Origin: a virus
IMG/VR virus record: IMGVR_UViG_3300050161_000195
Length of the DNA stretch: 40,731 nt
Reading direction: 5' to 3' (one strand)
This document shows positions 1 to 8,851 of the stretch, piece after piece. The notes under the pieces were generated by a model, which saw only the letters and a program-made list of their open reading frames with translations, searched no databases and was not told where the DNA came from. How positions within the stretch are numbered: the stretch's first letter is position 1; each line of letters starts with the position of its first letter. Both the position numbers and the translations under genes were made by a program.

Positions 1-127
1 GGGTCAACGCGATTCCTTTATTGAAGCAAACGGGTCTGAGGATGCAGGTGGTCTCAACTTCAACATCACTCGGCTCATGGCCCAGCGCGATGCCGCGCAA
101 GAGGCGATTAAGCAGGCGGACAATTCT
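1..127. repeat. Terminal overlap, exact copy of 40605..40731 (circular or terminally redundant genome)
   Basis: Base-by-base identity of the first and last 127 nt. The repeat lies inside a coding sequence and preserves the reading frame. Confidence 0.95.
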
Positions 128-1177
128 TTGAGTGCATTGCCGGTCTACAAGCGAGCCGGCGACATGCAGGAAGAGGCCAAAGCCCACTATGCTCGTGCTG
201 CAGCAGTACGGCATGCGAAAGAAACAATCCGCGCCGCTGGTTCTGTGGAGGAAACTTTCCGCAAGCAGATGGAGCTGGCGACAGAGGGCCTCGATGAAGA
301 TGCCGCCGCGCAGTATCGCTATGGTGCGGCCCTGCACGGCGGCACCGCGCTCCTTCATGAACGCATCACGGCAATCAAGAAACTTGAGGATATCGGCGCG
401 GGCAAGGCAAAGGGCTACATGCGCGGCGTGTCCGATCAGACCAAGGACGCAATGGCAGAGATCCGCGATGATCTGACCCGCCGCAATGCCGAACGCAACG
501 CGCCCTACATGAAGCAGTTCACCGATCCTTCGCCGATGGAGGCCTACCGGCAGCGGCTGCGCGCCAGCACATCCGATATGGGTCGTTCGCTCCAGCAAGT
601 GAAGGTGGAAGGCCTCGATGCTTTGGAGAACGGGCTGGTCGGAATCGTGTCCGGCACGCAAAGCGTTGCCGATGCCTTCAAGTCGATGGCCAACCAGGTT
701 ATCGCCGATCTGGCCCGGATCGCCATCGAAAAGCTGATTGTAAATACCATCGGCGGAGGGATATTCGGCTTTGCCGAAGGGGGCGTGGTCCAGAAAAAGG
801 CCACGGGTGGGTTCATTTCCGGGCCGGGCACCGGCACTAGCGATTCCATCCCGGCCTGGCTGTCCAACGGCGAATACGTGATGAAGGCGGCGGCAGTGCG
901 CCGGATCGGCGTCAACACGCTCGATGCCATCAATAACGGCATGCCCCGTTTTGCCAGCGGCGGCCTGGTCAATCCTGGCGTTCCGCGCCTGCGCGCATCC
1001 AGCGGCGCGGTGGGGCAGGATGGTTCGGGCGTATCCATGCCGATCACTATCAATGCCCCCGGCGCCACGGCTGAAACGGTGGCCGCCATCCGGCGCGAAA
1101 TCGCCAATGCCGCACCCACCATCGTGCAGGCCGCCGCCGCTCTCACCAACCGCCAGCTGAACCGCAGGACCATCTGA
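1..1177 (+). CDS. Tail tape measure protein, 3' portion (continues 39601..40731 across the junction; 726 aa combined)
   Basis: The frame of ORF 77..1177 is open back to nt 2. It is in frame with the ORF starting at 39601 once the 127-nt overlap is removed. Position is after the tail chaperones. The sequence is long, helical and Ala/Gln/Arg-rich. Confidence 0.85.
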   Translation, partial: GQRDSFIEANGSEDAGGLNFNITRLMAQRDAAQEAIKQADNSLSALPVYKRAGDMQEEAKAHYARAAAVRHAKETIRAAGSVEETFRKQMELATEGLDEDAAAQYRYGAALHGGTALLHERITAIKKLEDIGAGKAKGYMRGVSDQTKDAMAEIRDDLTRRNAERNAPYMKQFTDPSPMEAYRQRLRASTSDMGRSLQQVKVEGLDALENGLVGIVSGTQSVADAFKSMANQVIADLARIAIEKLIVNTIGGGIFGFAEGGVVQKKATGGFISGPGTGTSDSIPAWLSNGEYVMKAAAVRRIGVNTLDAINNGMPRFASGGLVNPGVPRLRASSGAVGQDGSGVSMPITINAPGATAETVAAIRREIANAAPTIVQAAAALTNRQLNRRTI

Positions 1178-1758
1178 TGGCCATCATCACCCCTCCGGCC
1201 ACCATGCCGATCAAGCGGATCCAGTGGAGCCTGCGCCAACCGCACCAGGTGAACCGCTCGGGCTGGACCGGGCGGCGCCAGGTACTCACCACGCCCGGCG
1301 GCGCCCTGTGGACCTGCAGCGCCGAATTCGTGCCCATTATCGGGCAAGATGCGGCCAAGAAATGGATCGGCTTTTTCATCAGCGTCGAAGGGCAATTGCA
1401 CCGCTTCGATATTCCTGCCGTGGAAAAGGATCAGCATGGCAGCGCCAATCCCACCGTGTCCAGCGGTGCGGCCGGCGCCACAAGCGCCGTGCTTTCCGCA
1501 AATATCGCGGCACTCGGTCTTGGCGATCGCGCCACCTTCCTGCTCGATAATGGCGATTACCAGCTGGTGACGCTGACCGGGCCCATGTCGGGCACTACCC
1601 TGTCCTTCAAACCGGCGCTGCGCCGCGCTGCGGCCGCTGCCACTCTGGAAACCGTGCGCCCCTTTGCCCGCGTGGCCTTGGCGGAGGATAGTTGGTCCTA
1701 CACGGTGGAATCCGGGCAAACCTATTCCTTCTCGCTCTCGGCCGAAGAAGCGTTCTGA
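1177..1758 (+). CDS. Minor tail protein (distal tail protein position)
   Basis: 193 aa. The ATG overlaps the TMP stop (TGATG). It is the first gene after the tape measure. I can name no diagnostic motif. Confidence 0.6.
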   Translation: MAIITPPATMPIKRIQWSLRQPHQVNRSGWTGRRQVLTTPGGALWTCSAEFVPIIGQDAAKKWIGFFISVEGQLHRFDIPAVEKDQHGSANPTVSSGAAGATSAVLSANIAALGLGDRATFLLDNGDYQLVTLTGPMSGTTLSFKPALRRAAAAATLETVRPFARVALAEDSWSYTVESGQTYSFSLSAEEAF

Positions 1759-2390
1759 TGACCTTGCCTGACAGCACCGCCAGCGCCCAGCTGGCGCGGG
1801 GGACCATTGCGCCGATCTGGCTCTGCTTTCTTGATTTCAGCGGCGATACCGTTCGGGTCACCACGGCGGGCGCATCGATCACGATTACCGGCTCGGGCGA
1901 TAGCGATCTGGATGGCCATACCTTCTCGGCTGTTGACCCCAGCCTGGTCACGGTGGGCGATGTCAAGAATGCCGAAGGCGGGTCGGATACCCTGTCTTTC
2001 ACCCTGTCCGGTATCGTTGGCCCGGATTCGGATCTTCTCGACACCATTGGCAATACCGCGCTGTGGCGCGGCCGCGCGGCTCGGCTCTGGGCCATCATCT
2101 GTGATGAAAACGGGGTGCAGCAGGGGGCGATCTGGCCCTTTTACACCGGCCGGATGAGCGCGATGCAGATCATGGGTGAACCCGCCTCGCAAACCGTGAA
2201 GCTCGATGTGGAAAGCTACCTCGCCAGCCTGAAGCAGGCGTCGGGCCGAACCTACCTAGACCAGGCTGCCTTCGATCCGCTCGACAATACTGCCGCGCTC
2301 AAGATCGGCGCCGCCAATGGCTCAACCAAGGGCGTTTCCGGCGCGCAAGCCGTGGCCGCGGTGGACAGCAATCAGGATCAGCCCTTCTGA
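1758..2390 (+). CDS. Minor tail protein (tail hub/tip position)
   Basis: Start taken at ATG 1758, overlapping the upstream stop (the track ORF begins at 1692). 210 aa. Synteny with the GTA g13 / lambda L slot. Confidence 0.6.
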   Translation: MTLPDSTASAQLARGTIAPIWLCFLDFSGDTVRVTTAGASITITGSGDSDLDGHTFSAVDPSLVTVGDVKNAEGGSDTLSFTLSGIVGPDSDLLDTIGNTALWRGRAARLWAIICDENGVQQGAIWPFYTGRMSAMQIMGEPASQTVKLDVESYLASLKQASGRTYLDQAAFDPLDNTAALKIGAANGSTKGVSGAQAVAAVDSNQDQPF

Positions 2391-2800
2391 TGAACCGAAC
2401 CTCAATCTGGGAACATGCCCTGGCAGACTATCTGGCAGGGCAGCGCGAAGCCATTTTCAAATGGGGCAGCAACGATTGCGCCCTGTTCACGGCCGGCGCC
2501 GTCGCCGCCATGACCGGCACTGACCCGCTTGGCTCCGTGCGCGGCAAATGGCGATCGCAGGCCGGCGCCGGGCGTGCCATCCGGCAGGCGGGCTTCGCCT
2601 CGATCGAGGATTGGGTTTCCAGTCTCTTTGACCCGGTTGAGCCGGTCTTCGTCCAACGCGGCGATATCGTCATGATCGATGGGGCACTCGGCATCTGCAT
2701 TGGCAAGGATGCCGTGTTCCTGGCCGAAGAGGCCCCGGGGCTTAACCGTCGCCCGATCGCCCACTGCGCCCGCGCCTGGCGCGTACCGTTCGGGGGATAG
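2390..2800 (+). CDS. Tail-associated cell-wall peptidase-like protein (NlpC/P60-type Cys motif)
   Basis: 136 aa. WGSNDCALF supplies a candidate catalytic Cys. It sits between the hub protein and the host specificity protein, like GTA g14 / lambda K. The ATG overlaps the upstream stop. Confidence 0.55.
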   Translation: MNRTSIWEHALADYLAGQREAIFKWGSNDCALFTAGAVAAMTGTDPLGSVRGKWRSQAGAGRAIRQAGFASIEDWVSSLFDPVEPVFVQRGDIVMIDGALGICIGKDAVFLAEEAPGLNRRPIAHCARAWRVPFGG

Positions 2801-2803
2801 GCT

Positions 2804-4957
2804 ATGGGCAAGGTAGTCCAGGTTGCGGCAGCGGTGGTTGGTGTCGCGGCCATTCTTATTCCCGGCGTCGGCGCGGCGATCTCCGCCGGCATTCTCGGCG
2901 CGCTGGGGGGCATCGGCGGATCTGTGCTGGGAATCAGCGCGCTGTCGATCTCGCTCGCTACTTTTTCGGCGCTTGAACTTTATGGCCTGGCCAGTGCGGC
3001 CAAACTGGTAACCGGCGCCTTGGGGCTAGGGCCAAAAGCGCCGCAGGTATCGCAGGCATCGATCGACAGGCTGAATTCCTCGCTCGATCCGCGCGCGTTT
3101 CGCAAGATCGTGTTCGGCTATACGGCCGCTGCCACCGACGTTCATTATCAGGAATTCACTGCCCCGGCACAGGATCACCTGACCTCGATCATCACCCTGG
3201 CCAGCCATGCGATCGAATCGATCGAGCAGGTCTTCTTCGAGGAAAAGCTGGCCTATAATTCCGGAGCGATCGGCAGCGACTTTTCAGGCTACCTGACCTT
3301 TATCCCGATCACTGAAGGGACGCCTGCCAACGCTTTCACGCCCAGCACTTCGACCAGCTGGACCGCCGCGCACAGCCGCATGGTCGGCCTCGCCTACCTG
3401 CAGGCGGACTACAAGATGTCGGGCGATGGCAGCCCGTTTGCTCAATCGATCCCTTCACGCATCACCGTGCGGGTACGTGGGGCCAAGCTCTATGATCCCC
3501 GGCGCGATAGCACCGTGGGCGGCAGTGGATCGATGCGCGCCACGGATCAAACCACCTGGGCCTGGGTCAGCGATGATGTCGGCCGAAATCCGGCGCTACA
3601 GCTGCTGTGGTATCTGTTGGGCTGGCGGATCCAGAACCCGGTGACAGGTACGTGGAAACTCGCCGTGGGCCTGGGCCTGCCAGTAGCGCGGATCGATCTG
3701 GCATCGTTCATGGCCGCAGCCAATCTCTGCGATGAATCCGTTGCCCTGGCAGCCGGCGGTACCGAGCCGCGCTACCGTTCCGATGGGGTCTTTTCCGAGG
3801 GGGATGATCCATCCCTGGTCTTTGAAAATCTGCTTTCCGCCATGAACGGCGTGCTGCGCGATGCCGGCGGCAAGCTGGTGCTCGATATCCTGCACAACGA
3901 TCTCGGTTCGCCCGTCGTGGATCTCACCGCGGATGATGTGATCGGCGCCTTCACCTGGCTGCAGACGCCACCGATTGATCAATCGTTCAACACCGTGCGC
4001 GGGCAATATGTCGATGCCTCCGATACCGGGCTCTACCAGATGGTGGACTATCCCGATGTCACGCTGACCAGCGCGGATGGGATCGATCGCGCCAAGACCT
4101 TCAATTTCGCGCTGGTGCAAAGTGCCAGTCAGGCCCAGCGCCTCGCCAAGACCTATCTGCAACGCGCACAGTATCCCGGCACTTTCACGGCTGATTTCCT
4201 TGCCTCGGCGTGGCGTTGTCAGGTCGGTTCGGTGGTGCGCCTGACCTTCCCGGCGCTGGGCTTTTCCACCAAGCTGTTCCGCGTGGTGCAGCACGGGATC
4301 AGCCCCAGTGGGATCTGCCCGATGGTCCTGCGCGAGGAGGATGCATCGATCTATGCCTGGGATCGATCAGAATCGGCGGCCGTCACCGCCCATGCGCCGG
4401 TGTTCTACAATCCGCTCAACGATCCTGTCCTGGTGGCGATTGGCGATGCGGCGGGCAGCGCGAATTGGAGCGGCATCGCTGGCACTTCCGGTCAACCGAC
4501 CGGCACCGATGTCGCGGGTACGGTCCAGTCCGGCGGCGGCGTTGCAGTCAATCGGGTCACGACGACCGCCATGGTCAACAATGCCGTCTCGGCCTTGGCG
4601 ACTTCGACCTGTTGGTCAACCGTTTCGGGTGCCGGCGTCGGCACCTGGCAAGACATCTGCTCGGTCACGGTCACCCCCGATAGCGCGTCATCGGTCTATG
4701 AGGTGATTGTCAGCTTCGATCTGCACAACGGCAATCCGGTAGGCGGCGGCCTGGATGTGACACGGTTCCAGGTCGATGGTGGCGGGATCGGCAACAAGTA
4801 CACGATCACGGCCAGCGCAGATCTCCACAGTTACACATTCGTGGGCACGGTCACCGGCTTCACGGGCACCCGAACCATGACCTTCCAGATGGATGGGGCA
4901 ACCTACATGGGCGTCCAGCCCGATGCCGTTCTGAGCGTACTCGAGGTGAAGAAATGA
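2804..4957 (+). CDS. Host specificity / central tail fibre protein (lambda J-like, GTA g15-like)
   Basis: 717 aa. The segment RITVRVRGAKLYDPR...NPALQLLWYLLGWRI...ARIDLASFMAAANLCDE is typical of J-type tail tip domains. It is the largest ORF after the TMP. Confidence 0.8.
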   Translation: MGKVVQVAAAVVGVAAILIPGVGAAISAGILGALGGIGGSVLGISALSISLATFSALELYGLASAAKLVTGALGLGPKAPQVSQASIDRLNSSLDPRAFRKIVFGYTAAATDVHYQEFTAPAQDHLTSIITLASHAIESIEQVFFEEKLAYNSGAIGSDFSGYLTFIPITEGTPANAFTPSTSTSWTAAHSRMVGLAYLQADYKMSGDGSPFAQSIPSRITVRVRGAKLYDPRRDSTVGGSGSMRATDQTTWAWVSDDVGRNPALQLLWYLLGWRIQNPVTGTWKLAVGLGLPVARIDLASFMAAANLCDESVALAAGGTEPRYRSDGVFSEGDDPSLVFENLLSAMNGVLRDAGGKLVLDILHNDLGSPVVDLTADDVIGAFTWLQTPPIDQSFNTVRGQYVDASDTGLYQMVDYPDVTLTSADGIDRAKTFNFALVQSASQAQRLAKTYLQRAQYPGTFTADFLASAWRCQVGSVVRLTFPALGFSTKLFRVVQHGISPSGICPMVLREEDASIYAWDRSESAAVTAHAPVFYNPLNDPVLVAIGDAAGSANWSGIAGTSGQPTGTDVAGTVQSGGGVAVNRVTTTAMVNNAVSALATSTCWSTVSGAGVGTWQDICSVTVTPDSASSVYEVIVSFDLHNGNPVGGGLDVTRFQVDGGGIGNKYTITASADLHSYTFVGTVTGFTGTRTMTFQMDGATYMGVQPDAVLSVLEVKK

Positions 4958-5463
4958 CCGAATATGCGGTGATCTATAATGCCGAAACGGGCGCTCCGAT
5001 CGGCAACTACTCCGGTCTCGAGGGCACTTCGGCGCGGCAGCAAATCCCTGTCGGCGCGGCATATATGCTGGTGCCGTTCGAGGCATGGACATTCCCGCCA
5101 AATCTTGAAGTGATCCGTGCCCACCTCTGCGCCCAGGTCGATGCCCAGGCCGAGGTCAAGCGTGGCCGCAACAGCACCCTCGGCAGTGGGCAGGCCCGGG
5201 CATATCAGCGCAAGGAGGCGGAGGCGCGTGCGTGGGCGGCGGACCATGGGGCCGCTACCCCATATCTTGCCGCAGAGGCGGCGGCGGCGGGGCGGACGGT
5301 TGAGCAGGTTGCGGCTGCCGTCCTGGCTCGGGTGGATGCTGTTGACCTCGCGGATGTGAAGATCGAGGCCCTGCGGGTTGGTGCCAAGCAGCGCATCGCC
5401 GCAGCGGAGAACCTCGCCGCGCTTCAGGCGGCGGCGGCTGTTGCTTGGGGCGCGGACCAATGA
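4954..5463 (+). CDS. Tail fibre assembly / DUF4376-like protein
   Basis: 169 aa directly after the J-like gene. The C-terminal pattern (AYQRKEAEARAW...PYLAAEAAAAGRTVEQVAAAV) resembles phage tail assembly chaperone-like domains. Assignment is from memory only. Confidence 0.45.
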   Translation: MTEYAVIYNAETGAPIGNYSGLEGTSARQQIPVGAAYMLVPFEAWTFPPNLEVIRAHLCAQVDAQAEVKRGRNSTLGSGQARAYQRKEAEARAWAADHGAATPYLAAEAAAAGRTVEQVAAAVLARVDAVDLADVKIEALRVGAKQRIAAAENLAALQAAAAVAWGADQ

Positions 5464-5735
5464 CGCGGCGGTTGGGCGAATCCATTTGGGCCTTGCTCAA
5501 GGCGCTCGACATCCTCGCCTGCACCCTCTGGCTCGCCCCGCTCTATGTCGTCGGGCTGGCGGATCGGCCGAGCGGCCGGCAGATGATCAGCAGCTATGTT
5601 GGCGAGGCGGCGGCCAACGGGATGCTCTGGGGCCGGATCGCCGCGACACTGATCGATATGGGCGCCGTGGCGCTGGGGGATGATCCCGACCACTGCCACC
5701 GCGCCTTCATCCGCTATCGTAATCTCGACCAGTAG
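5460..5735 (+). CDS. Small membrane protein
   Basis: 91 aa from ATG 5460 (overlaps the upstream stop). Hydrophobic segment ILACTLWLAPLYVVGL. Confidence 0.5.
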   Translation: MTRRLGESIWALLKALDILACTLWLAPLYVVGLADRPSGRQMISSYVGEAAANGMLWGRIAATLIDMGAVALGDDPDHCHRAFIRYRNLDQ

Positions 5736-5748
5736 GGGCTTATCACCC

Positions 5749-6084
5749 ATGCCGATTTCTGTAGGCGATGCCACCGGCATCGTCGCTGCTGGCGCGTCTG
5801 TTGCCAGCGTCCTGGGCAGCGCCATCGGCTTCCTGTGGGTGCGGGTGGAACGGTCAAACCGGGCTATCCACGCCGAATTGCGCAAGTGCGAGGAACGCGA
5901 GGTGCGGGGCCGCGAGCGGCGCTCCTGCCTCACCACCGTGATCGAGCTGTTCTGGCAAGAGGTGGCGCGCCTTTCGCCCCAATCCCCCGTGCTCAAGCGG
6001 GCGGAAAAGCTGCTCGATGACATGAAGACCGCCGATGCGATCGCCACCGCCGCCGCCGAAGCGGCGAAGGACGCGAAGCCCTGA
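5749..6084 (+). CDS. N-terminally membrane-anchored protein, holin/antiholin candidate
   Basis: 111 aa from ATG 5749. One TM (IVAAGASVASVLGSAIGFLWV) followed by a charged tail. Lies upstream of the endolysin. Confidence 0.4.
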   Translation: MPISVGDATGIVAAGASVASVLGSAIGFLWVRVERSNRAIHAELRKCEEREVRGRERRSCLTTVIELFWQEVARLSPQSPVLKRAEKLLDDMKTADAIATAAAEAAKDAKP

Positions 6085-6121
6085 CCCGGGCCCGCCCACA
6101 ATTCTGCGAAGGGAACCCAAA

Positions 6122-6295
6122 GTGAAAGACTGGATCAAGGCCCGCCGGGCCGAATTCACCACCAAGATTGGCCTGATCCTGGGCGCGCTCAATGGCGCTA
6201 TCCCGGCGTTCGTCTCGGTCAATCCGAAGCTGACCTATCTTGGTCTTGCCGTGGCTGCGCTGCTAGTCCTTTTCCCGGAGCAGCATGATGCCTGA
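6122..6295 (+). CDS. Two-TM small protein, pinholin candidate (GTG start)
   Basis: 57 aa. TM-like segments KIGLILGALNGAIPAFV and LTYLGLAVAALLVLF. Purine-rich GAAGGGAA lies upstream. The 3' end overlaps the endolysin start. Confidence 0.4.
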   Translation: MKDWIKARRAEFTTKIGLILGALNGAIPAFVSVNPKLTYLGLAVAALLVLFPEQHDA

Positions 6296-6809
6296 ACAGG
6301 CGGCGCGCAACGATCCCCGATTGCGCCTCAAGGGGGCGGCGCTTGCAGCCCTGACTGCCGCCGTGGTGGCCAGCGTGGCACCCATGACGCAGCACTTCGA
6401 AGGGTTCCGGGGCAGGGTTTACCGCGATCCGGTGGGCATCCTGACGCAGTGCTACGGCGAGACTGCCTATGTCCGTCCTGACCTGATCTATTCCAAGGAC
6501 GAATGCGCTGCCAAGCTGCGCGCGCGGATGGCGAAGGACTATGGCCCGCAGATCGTCGCCTGCATCCCCGACCTTGCCAATCCGCTGAACAGGCTCGCGT
6601 ATGCGGCCGCGCTTGATGCCAGCTATAATGCTGGCCCCGGTGGGGTTTGCCGATCATCCTTCGCCAAGGCGTTCAACGCTGGCCGATGGGATCAGGGCTG
6701 CAGGCTCATCGTCGGTTGGCGCGCCACGGCCAAGGGCGTTCCGCTGCCCGGCCTCACCGCTCGCCGCAGGGCTGAGCGCGACTATTGCCTGAGCGGTAAG
6801 CTGCCATGA
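6285..6809 (+). CDS. SAR-type endolysin, GH24 lysozyme (T4/P21 family)
   Basis: E-x8-D-x5-T catalytic triad in HFEGFRGRVYRDPVGILTQCYGET. Weakly hydrophobic Ala/Gly-rich N-terminal segment LKGAALAALTAAVVASVAP. Confidence 0.9.
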   Translation: MMPEQAARNDPRLRLKGAALAALTAAVVASVAPMTQHFEGFRGRVYRDPVGILTQCYGETAYVRPDLIYSKDECAAKLRARMAKDYGPQIVACIPDLANPLNRLAYAAALDASYNAGPGGVCRSSFAKAFNAGRWDQGCRLIVGWRATAKGVPLPGLTARRRAERDYCLSGKLP

Positions 6810-6891
6810 TCGGCCCCCGCATCCTGTGTTTCGGCACCGTCGTGGCGATCGTGGTTCTGGCTGTTGCCGCCCATCTTGGAGGGGCATTCTG

Positions 6892-7287
6892 ATGAACCTG
6901 CCGCCCATCCCATTCCCAGTCCGCGCTGCCCTCTGGCTTCGCGCCCATGCCGCGCCGCTGATCCTCGGCATCATAGCTCTGATCGGCGCCGCGCTGTTCA
7001 TCTCGGCCTTGATCGAAAACTGGACCGGCGCCCCGACCAAGCAGGCCGAGGCGCGCCTCGATGGCAATGTCGCACAGGCTGCGCAGCAGTCCGGGGCCGA
7101 GGCGGTCAACACCGTCCAGACCAATACCATCCGCGAGACTACCATCGAAAGGACCGTCGACCATGCGCAAGCCGCCGTTGCTGCCGCGCCTGATGCTGCC
7201 GCTGCTGATGCTGCCGGCCGTGACGGGCTGTGTGCGATCTCCACCAATCTCTGCCCCGCCGCCAGCATGCAGCGAGCTGATCCCTGA
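6892..7287 (+). CDS. i-spanin (Rz-like)
   Basis: 131 aa from ATG 6892. N-terminal TM LILGIIALIGAALFISALI followed by a helical periplasmic part. Lies directly after the endolysin. Confidence 0.7.
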   Translation: MNLPPIPFPVRAALWLRAHAAPLILGIIALIGAALFISALIENWTGAPTKQAEARLDGNVAQAAQQSGAEAVNTVQTNTIRETTIERTVDHAQAAVAAAPDAAAADAAGRDGLCAISTNLCPAASMQRADP

Positions 7288-7492
7288 CGACTGGGCCAAA
7301 GGCGTTGCCCATGCGCCCGCACCGGCCGAGGTGCCCGGCGCCGACCCGCTGTCCCTGCTGAAATCGTGGATCGGGTTTGGCCTGGCCGAAGCCGGTAAGG
7401 TGGAAATCGCCAACGGCCGCACCCGCGACACTCTGACCATCATCAGCCGCTGCGAAGCCCGAAATGCCGCGGCGGTGAAGAAATCCCGCTAG
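7163..7492 (+). CDS. o-spanin (Rz1-like lipoprotein), overlapping the i-spanin in another frame
   Basis: 109 aa from ATG 7163. Signal peptide plus lipobox LLMLPAVTG|C and a Pro-rich mature N-terminus. Overlaps 7163..7287 of the i-spanin gene. Confidence 0.75.
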   Translation: MRKPPLLPRLMLPLLMLPAVTGCVRSPPISAPPPACSELIPDDWAKGVAHAPAPAEVPGADPLSLLKSWIGFGLAEAGKVEIANGRTRDTLTIISRCEARNAAAVKKSR

Positions 7493-7493
7493 T

Positions 7494-7673
7494 TCAAGAT
7501 CCGGCCGGGGCCTGATCGCTCGGCCGGGAATCCAGCTTCCCGCAGTCGATGGCTGCACGCCTGGTAAGCCGGGTCGCCTGATCGATCAGCCATGCCCGCG
7601 CGTCTGCGTCGGACATCGGCGCTTCGACCTCGCACGCGGCACCGTCAACTTCGATCCGCAATCTCGATGGCAT
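7494..7673 (-). CDS. Small hypothetical protein (59 aa, below the ORF-track cut-off)
   Basis: My translation is MPSRLRIEVDGAACEVEAPMSDADARAWLIDQATRLTRRAAIDCGKLDSRPSDQAPAGS. GGGAGA lies 5 nt upstream of the ATG. GC3 is high. Confidence 0.45.
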   Translation of the reverse strand: MPSRLRIEVDGAACEVEAPMSDADARAWLIDQATRLTRRAAIDCGKLDSRPSDQAPAGS

Positions 7674-7815
7674 AGAATTCTCCCGCGATCAGCGGGGGGG
7701 AAGGGCGTTCGAGCGCCCTCCCCGACGGTCAATCCACCGTCATGACCTGACCGGCCTGCGACAGGCCACCTCCGCACCCGTGCAAGGGCGAAGGGCTGAT
7801 AGATGGACATGACCA

Positions 7816-8658
7816 ATGGAGTCGACTCCTCTTTTCCCTGAAATCGTGAACACCACCCATCCCGCCGCGCCCTACATTGGTGGCAAGCGCCGCCTTTCGC
7901 GAATGCTTTGCCGCGCGATCGACCGCTTGCCACACCATACATATGGCGAAGTGTTTATGGGCATGGGCGGCGTATTCCTGCGGCGGACACGCGTGCCGGC
8001 GGCCGAGTTCATCAATGACTGGTCTGAGGACGTGGCGACGTTCTACCGGATCCTGCAGCGCCACTATGTGGCCTTCCTCGATATGTTGCGCTTCCAGATC
8101 GCGACTCGCTCTGGATTCGAGCGGTTGCTGAAAGTCGATCCCAGTACCCAGACTGATCTGGAGCGCGCTGCCCGGTTCCTGTATCTGCAGCGCCTGGCCT
8201 ATGGTGGGAAGGTATCCGGCCGATCGTTTGGCGTGGATCCGCGCGGATCGAGCGGCTTTGATATGACGAAGCTGCAGCCGCTTCTCGAATCGATCCATGA
8301 ACGGCTTGCGCGGGTGACAATCGAGCGGCTGACCTGGTCGGACTTCCTGACCCGTTATGACACTGCGGCAACGCTGTTCTACCTCGATCCCCCATACTAC
8401 GGCAGTGAAGGGGACTATGGGAAAGACCTGTTTGGCCGCGAGCAGTTCACCCACATGGCGCAGCAGTTGGCCGGCATCGAGGGACGATTTCTGCTCAGCC
8501 TGAACGATCATCCGGCCGTGCGCGCAACCTTCGCTGCTTTCGCCATGGTCGCGGTCGACGTGACCTATACCGTCGGCGGCGGCGACAAGGCCCAACAGAC
8601 GCGCGAACTGGTGATCAGCAACCTCGATCAGGAAAAGCTGGAGAAAGCGCTGGCCTGA
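7816..8658 (+). CDS. DNA N6-adenine methyltransferase, D12 (Dam) class
   Basis: APYIGGKRRL near the N-terminus and DPPY in LFYLDPPYYGSEGDYG. Confidence 0.9.
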   Translation: MESTPLFPEIVNTTHPAAPYIGGKRRLSRMLCRAIDRLPHHTYGEVFMGMGGVFLRRTRVPAAEFINDWSEDVATFYRILQRHYVAFLDMLRFQIATRSGFERLLKVDPSTQTDLERAARFLYLQRLAYGGKVSGRSFGVDPRGSSGFDMTKLQPLLESIHERLARVTIERLTWSDFLTRYDTAATLFYLDPPYYGSEGDYGKDLFGREQFTHMAQQLAGIEGRFLLSLNDHPAVRATFAAFAMVAVDVTYTVGGGDKAQQTRELVISNLDQEKLEKALA

Positions 8659-8659
8659 G

Positions 8660-8851
8660 CATGTTGGTTAGACAACCGCCACAGGACGCCGCAGTTTTTC
8701 ATAGGTCGTTCCGGGAACGTTAGACAATGCAGGGCCTAGCAACTCTGCGGTTGTGCTATTCCCCCCACTCCTGCCAGCATCCCCGGAAAAGCTATGTTTT
8801 CCGGGGGCTTGCGTCGGGGTTAGCCAACTACTCTTTTGATCGGTTAGACAA
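8660..8851. other. Candidate attP region
   Basis: Lower-GC intergenic DNA next to int. GTTAGACAA occurs three times in direct orientation (8667-8675, 8719-8727, 8843-8851). Inverted repeat CGTTCC-G-GGAACG at 8707-8719. Confidence 0.4.
8781..8806. terminator. Perfect 10-bp stem / 6-nt loop hairpin between convergent dam-type and int genes
   Basis: CCCCGGAAAA-gctatg-TTTTCCGGGG. No clean U-tract follows on either strand, so terminator function is tentative. Confidence 0.4.

Noticed and set aside
1-127. Terminal direct repeats as prophage attL/attR
   Set aside because: The repeat lies within the tape measure coding sequence and preserves its frame. The integrase and the plausible attP are 8.7 kb away.
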